A DNA stretch of 64,000 nt, taken from contig NC_135667.1 of NCBI RefSeq assembly GCF_964188315.1, forward strand, positions 24,304,001 through 24,368,000, read 5' to 3'. This document shows, one piece after another, positions 58,689 to 64,000 of the stretch. The translations under genes were made by a program, and so were the position numbers. The first letter of the stretch is position 1. Each line of letters opens with the position of its first letter. Below the pieces are notes generated by a model that worked only from the letters and a program-made list of their open reading frames with translations, was not told the DNA's origin and ran no database searches. The stretch is from Podarcis muralis. Lineage: Eukaryota.

Positions 58689-59039
58689 AAAGGTAAAGGG
58701 ACCCCTGACCATTAGGTCCAGTCGTGACCGACTCTAGGGTTGCGGCGCTCATCTCGCTTTATTGGCCTAGGGAGCTGGGGTACAGCTTCTGGGTCATGTG
58801 GCCAGAATGACTAAGCTACTTCTGGCGAACCAGAGCAGCGCATGAAAACGCCATTTACCTTCCCGCTGAAGTGGTACCTATTTATCTACTTGCACTTTGA
58901 CGTGCTTTCGAACTGCTAGGTGGGCAGGAGCAGGGACCGAACAATGGGAGCTCACCCCATTGCGGGGATTCGAACTGCCAACCTTCTGATCGGCAAGCCC
59001 TAGGCTCTGTAGTTTAACAAACAGCGCCACCCACGTCCC
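58689..59039 (-). mobile_element. Sauria SINE, full length
   Basis: Reverse complement of the family at 1698 and 59221; B box at 58966-58976. Confidence 0.93.
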
Positions 59040-59220
59040 GTTTCACAGTAGTATGTACTTAAATCAGCACTGCCTTATGATGTCATTTTGCTCAATGGCT
59101 CCCAATCACATCTCTGTGTATTGGTGACAGCTTGTGCACGGGAGAGGGGCATACAGTTTTGGAGAAACTCCAAACACAATGGTGTCACATGGATTTTATG
59201 ATACACTACCAGGAGTAGAA

Positions 59221-59563
59221 GGGACGCGGATGGCGCTGTGGGTTAAACCACAGAGCCTAGGACTTGCTGATCAGAAGGTCGGCGGTTCGAATCCCCGCGA
59301 CGGGGTGAGCTCCCGTTGCTCGGTCCCAGCTCCTGCCAACCTAGCTGTTCGAAAGCATGTAAAAGTGCAAGTAGATAAATAGGTACCGCTCCGGCGGGAA
59401 GGTAAACGGCATTTCCGTGCGCTGCTCTGGTTCGCCAGAAGCGGCTTAGTCATGCTGGCCACATGACCTGGAAGCATGACCTCGGCCAATAAAGCGAGAT
59501 GAGCGCTGCAACCCCAGAGTCGGTCACGACTGGACCTAATGGTCAGGGGTCCCTTTACCTTTT
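59221..59563 (+). mobile_element. Sauria SINE, full length with a small internal rearrangement
   Basis: Perfect B box GGTTCGAATCC at 59284-59294; 12-bp TSD TACCAGGAGTAG at 59207-59218 and 59564-59575. Confidence 0.94.
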
Positions 59564-60192
59564 TACCAGGAGTAGCCATACAGTGAAGGCCCTGACAAGG
59601 ACCTGTGGTCCATCTGATGTTGCTTTCCTGATCATTAGGGCTGATGGGAGTTGGAGTCCAATGACATTTGGAGAACACAGATTCTTGCCTCTTCATTATA
59701 AATTCTTGTAAGGCTATTTTTATTTTATTTTACCAGAACAGAATGCAGTTTACACTTATGAATTTAATGGATTTATTATCAACCCTTTACCATAAGATCC
59801 CAGGGTAAGTTTACAACCATATAATAATAAACTATTAAAATAAACTTAAAAGTTTACATTCTGATATTAAATATTAAAATAAATTAATTTAACACCGCAT
59901 TAGTAGCCAACAGTGTTACCAGCATAAAGCAAGTCAGTGTGATGAAGCTGGCATAAATTTACACCAGAGCCAAACCCCTTTCAGCATCAGGGATGTTGTC
60001 GCTGCTGTTCTGCCAAAGGTTGGCAGAGGGGAAAACAACCTTTTCAAATAGTGTCCTAGACCAGCTTGTCAGGTCATGTAACTGAGCTGCATGGGCTTAG
60101 AAAACAGACCCCAACTCTCTGGTTCCACACCAAGAAATGGCAACTGAAGCATAATTTAGCAGTTTCTATTATTCTGGATAGTATTTCAGGTA

Positions 60193-60434
60193 CAGTGGTA
60201 CCTCGGGTTACAGACGCTTCAAGTTACAGACACTTCAGGTTACAGACTCCACTAACCCAGAAATAGTACCCCTGATTAAGAACTTTACTTCAGGATGAGA
60301 ACAGAAATCATGTGGTGGTTGTGCAGCGGTAGCAGGAGGCCCCATTAGCTAAAGTGGTACCTCAGGTTAAGAATAGTTTCAGGTTAAGAACGGACCTCCA
60401 GAACGAATTAAGTTCTTAATCTGAGGTACCACTG
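60193..60434. mobile_element. Tigger-like MITE, intact
   Basis: TIRs cagtggtacctcgggtta / ttaatctgaggtaccactg; TA on both sides. Confidence 0.92.
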
Positions 60435-61234
60435 TACTCAAGTGGTTAACACTAAGAGAGGTGATACAGCTGCTGGGATGAAAACTTGCAAAAGGCATTT
60501 GGATTTGAAAGCAAGCATTCTCACTGTGCCTGGATGAGAGAGTTGTTTAAATTAAAGCTTGAATCCAAGCATGTTTTTGTTGTGGAAAATCCATTTGATT
60601 TCCCATTATATGAGAACATATAAAAAAGAAAGCTGGCAAAATATTGCAGGAATGCTCTAGGGAGCTCTTCAGGGGCCCTTTACAAAGACATTTAGAATTT
60701 TGGAGGAGCATGCAAATTATATTGTTTTCAAATGGAAAAAGTTAAGCAAGAGATCTGAGTTTCCTATTCACAGCCATGAGATGTTAAAGTAGCTAACTTT
60801 GGCTGGGCCATACCCATTCACATCTGCTTAAAATGGATAACTATCTTTTTAAAAAATCCTTATTGGCATGATTCATCTTTCCACATTCCCTTTCTCTTTT
60901 GTTTATACTCAATGTAAGTTGCATGGGTGCACATACCTGTCTACACACTAGCCATTATTCACAAAGGGAGGCTTGTGTGCATTTCGTATGGAATGATCCA
61001 AGAGCAAAACAGACTTTCACACTTTCAATTGGCTTCTCTGCTTTAGTCAATGACAACAATATTTATGAACACTGTAAATATTGCTTAATATTTTAATGTG
61101 CCCACTCACTGGCATTCCAAGCAAAACAGAGCTTCTCGTTTTTTTGTCATGAAGTGTAACCAAGACCTATCTAAAGAAAAAAGCATGGGAAACTGACAGT
61201 CATGTGGGTTCTGAAAATTCAGCGCCTTCTTCTA

Positions 61235-62176
61235 TCAAGTCCTTTGCATGACTTTTCGGAAAGCCCCTTGCACATCCTTGTTTCTCAAGCTGTAGATGAT
61301 TGGATTAAGCATTGGGGTGAGGATCCCATAGAGCACAGGCAATGCCCGGTCCTGCTCCTGGGAGTAAGTGGAGTTGGGACGGATGTATGTGAAGATGATG
61401 GTACCAAAATAAATGTTGACTACAGTCAAGTGTGAAGCACAGGTGGAAAATGCCTTGAGCCGCCCTTCTTTGGTGCGGATCCTTAGGATGGTCAAGACTA
61501 TGTAGACATAAGACACCAGAGTAACCAGGAAGGAACCCATGATCACACCTCCACCCACCACAAAAGTAGCAATCTGATTGACCTGAGTGTCAGAACAGGA
61601 GAGCTGGAATAGGGGTGGGATGTCACAGAAAAAGTGCTGGATGACATTGTCCCGACAGAAGGACAAATGGGACATCAGGCCCGAGTGCACACCTGAGTTA
61701 GACAAGCCAAGGATCCAAGCAGCTGCTGCGAGCCAGGCACACACTTTTCGGCTCATGAGCACACTATAGTGCAGTGGGTGGCATATGGCTGCGTAGCGGT
61801 CATATGCCATGACACCCAGCAGAAGGCACTCGATGCCACCAAAGGAGATGAAGAAGTACATCTGAGAGAAGCAGCCAGCTAGGGAAATACTCTTGTCCTG
61901 AGAGAGGTAATTCATCAGCATCTTAGGGACTGTGGAGGTTGTGTAGCCAATGTCCACTACAGAAAGATTGGCCAGAAAGAAATACATGGGGTTGTGAAGT
62001 CTGTTGTCCAAACTGATTATGAGAAAAATTAAAATGTTTCCAAAAAGAGCCACCAGATAAATTACAAGAAAGATGCCAAAGAGAAGGACCTGAATCTCAG
62101 GATTGTCAGAGAGTCCTAGGAGGATAAATTCTGTGACGGCTGTTTCATTCAGGATCATCTGTGATGGCAGTGTCAT
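61235..62176 (-). CDS. Olfactory receptor OR11, family 5 (5V1)-like, ~313 aa
   Basis: LHNPMYFFL, MAYDRYAAICHPLHY, KAFSTCASHL, PMLNPIIYSLRNKD. Acceptor gtttcttcacag sits immediately before the ATG at 62176, so the upstream 28 codons of the ORF call are probably intronic. Confidence 0.94.
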   Translation of the reverse strand: MTLPSQMILNETAVTEFILLGLSDNPEIQVLLFGIFLVIYLVALFGNILIFLIISLDNRLHNPMYFFLANLSVVDIGYTTSTVPKMLMNYLSQDKSISLAGCFSQMYFFISFGGIECLLLGVMAYDRYAAICHPLHYSVLMSRKVCAWLAAAAWILGLSNSGVHSGLMSHLSFCRDNVIQHFFCDIPPLFQLSCSDTQVNQIATFVVGGGVIMGSFLVTLVSYVYIVLTILRIRTKEGRLKAFSTCASHLTVVNIYFGTIIFTYIRPNSTYSQEQDRALPVLYGILTPMLNPIIYSLRNKDVQGAFRKVMQRT

Positions 62177-63169
62177 CTGTGAAGAAACACGGATGTAGCA
62201 TTTTTCAGGTATTTTGTTTTTCATTACAAATTTGAGATCTGAAATGTAAGACTTAGTCACACAATAACATGTGCAAGTACAGGCACTTTCAATGCACTAC
62301 AGCTCTGATTAGTTAATACACAGGAGCTTTGAGGCTGATTTCAATTCTTTTCACTTTTCCCAACTCTGCCCATCTCCCCATCCTAAACTCTTAGCTCTTT
62401 TATTTCTTTAGTGTTCCATGAATAAATGGAACACTTCCTTGCAGAAACCTCAAATAAATCTCAGCATAGGAATATCTGATCCAGTCCGAGGGTTTGTGGA
62501 AGGAAGGGGCTATATTTCTTCTTGGGGAATTAAAGGTCATTCAAGGAGTAGAAGTTCAGAAGGGGGACAGGAACAGTCACAGATGGAAGAGTTTGCCTCA
62601 CATCTCCCCGAAGATATATTTCTTAATGAGAAAATTTCTGAGAACAATAATCTTTTTCATTTTCTCTTCCCAAAAAATATTTTGGAAAATGTTCATTGAA
62701 TGTTCTCCCACTTTCTGCAATGGCTCCCATCCCACCACGCCTGACCTGTTTCTTCCCCTAGAAGGCTCCATTGCAGAATTTCTCTAAATATTCTACACCA
62801 CTTTTTGTGGCATGCACTATCCTTTTATCCAACAGCACTTGCATAATATTCTGTTGCAACATGACCTCTTATTCCACTTTCCCGAGCAGCTTGACTTTGC
62901 AAGGATGGCTTCATTATGCAGTCTGTCTCCTCTTTCTGATTTAAAAATGAAGCATTGTGAAGTTTGCTGCTAAGGCTACTGCATGTTTGTCAAAAGCAAA
63001 TTAACTGCAGCTTGCTCTGAATACCCAAGTTAACAAACAAAAAAAGAAAGAAAAAGAAAGAAGACCTATCATTTCGGTGTCTATCTGTATGCTGCTGTCT
63101 AATTTCTTGCAATAGATCATGACTAGCATGATCCACAACTCAGTTAAATTCAAATACTTGAATTTAAAA

Positions 63170-63304
63170 CAGGGGTAGGGAACCTGTGACCCTGCAAATG
63201 TTAATGGACTCCAACTCACATCAGCCCCTGTTATGATGGTCAAAGTTCAGGAATGATGAAAGTTGTAGTTCAGCAACATCTGCAGTGTCACAGCTCCCCT
63301 TCTG
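63170..63304. mobile_element. Degenerate palindromic hAT-like MITE
   Basis: caggggtagggaacctgtg ... gttgtagttcagcaacatctg ... ccccttctg. Confidence 0.6.
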
Positions 63305-63653
63305 CCGATAGAAAACAATTTTGGGGTGACATTGTAAATGGTATTACCTTTTGTGTGAAAGACCAATATATAGCAGTAATGAATCCCTTTTTACAAAAAT
63401 GGAGCATAGGCAAGCATTCCAAATTCTCATTGGATTTTGAAAGCAGCAAGACGAAAAGTTGAGTTAGTTGTGCTTTCGTTCAACATTAAGTCTCCCACTG
63501 TTCCCAGCCAGCCAGATATTCATAAACAGGATTTGATACAGCTGGTGCTCTATGCTACCAGCATTTGTTATTAAGCAGTATACTGCCCATACATCTGGAG
63601 GTTCAATTGTTCTGTTTCTAGTGTTTGAACTGTGACTTATTTCTTTAACAATG

Positions 63654-63658
63654 CACAC

Positions 63659-63724
<66 letters not shown>
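63654..63724. repeat. (CA)n(GA)n microsatellite
   Basis: Direct reading. Confidence 0.95.
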
Positions 63725-63727
<3 letters not shown>

Positions 63728-64000
63728 TTAATTGTAAACAAAACCTCTAAACACTTGCAAAGAATAATTTTTAAAAATACATTGAAACTGTCAGTAAAAA
63801 CCAAAGCTTTAAAACAAGTTTGTTTGTTTTTTTAAAATCAGAATATGGCAAGTCAGTGCTTGATGGTGGAATCATTTAGAGAAAAATGCATGTCTGAAGT
63901 AAACATTGCGCTGGGACTGAGGAGACGCCAAATTCAGTCTTGAGCTTAAAGACTCACACAGTGTCTATGGGGAAACTCACTATCTGTCAACCTCAGATGC

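Noticed and set aside
59221-59295. tRNA gene
   Set aside because: The A/B boxes belong to the Sauria SINE head; no full cloverleaf is evident
62177-62260. 28-aa N-terminal extension of OR11
   Set aside because: A canonical acceptor lies directly before the Met at 62176, so it is probably intronic
1-64000. H/P-element-type OR enhancer core (AACTTTTTAATGA)
   Set aside because: No match seen by eye; the near matches (gcttttaatg) are inside L2 tails. A PWM scan could still find degenerate enhancers.
1-64000. CRISPR array, operon, or prokaryotic/viral contamination
   Set aside because: No regularly spaced repeat-spacer structure; everything fits spliced vertebrate genes and squamate repeats

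Overview
Vertebrate DNA from a squamate reptile; the Sauria SINE subtype points to a lacertid lizard (inference). The window is a chemoreceptor locus. It holds the last four exons (3-6) of an apparently intact vomeronasal type-2 receptor (V2R) gene on + (668-5164). Eleven intact single-exon class II olfactory receptor (OR) CDSs follow: six OR14-like genes on + (10610-37043), then one OR6-like and four OR5V1-like genes on - (39221-62176). A ~7.7-8.5 kb tandem segmental duplication (7663-15386 vs 19211-27670) built part of the + strand array. Intergenic DNA holds L1 and L2 LINE fragments, three Sauria SINEs, hAT and Tc1/mariner MITEs, a young solo LTR and microsatellites. The most interesting signals are: a 96-bp relic of a deleted OR whose upstream region now sits in front of a different OR (possible promoter capture); gene-conversion mosaics that spare pocket-lining codons; a clean 240-bp inversion in a conserved OR upstream module; short uORFs at five OR start codons; a solo LTR with a 210-codon open frame; and a head-to-head SINE pair. 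No prokaryotic-type systems, CRISPR arrays, rRNA or true tRNA genes were found. Family assignments, alignments and identities were made by eye and need computational confirmation. OR1-OR11 are my own labels in coordinate order.
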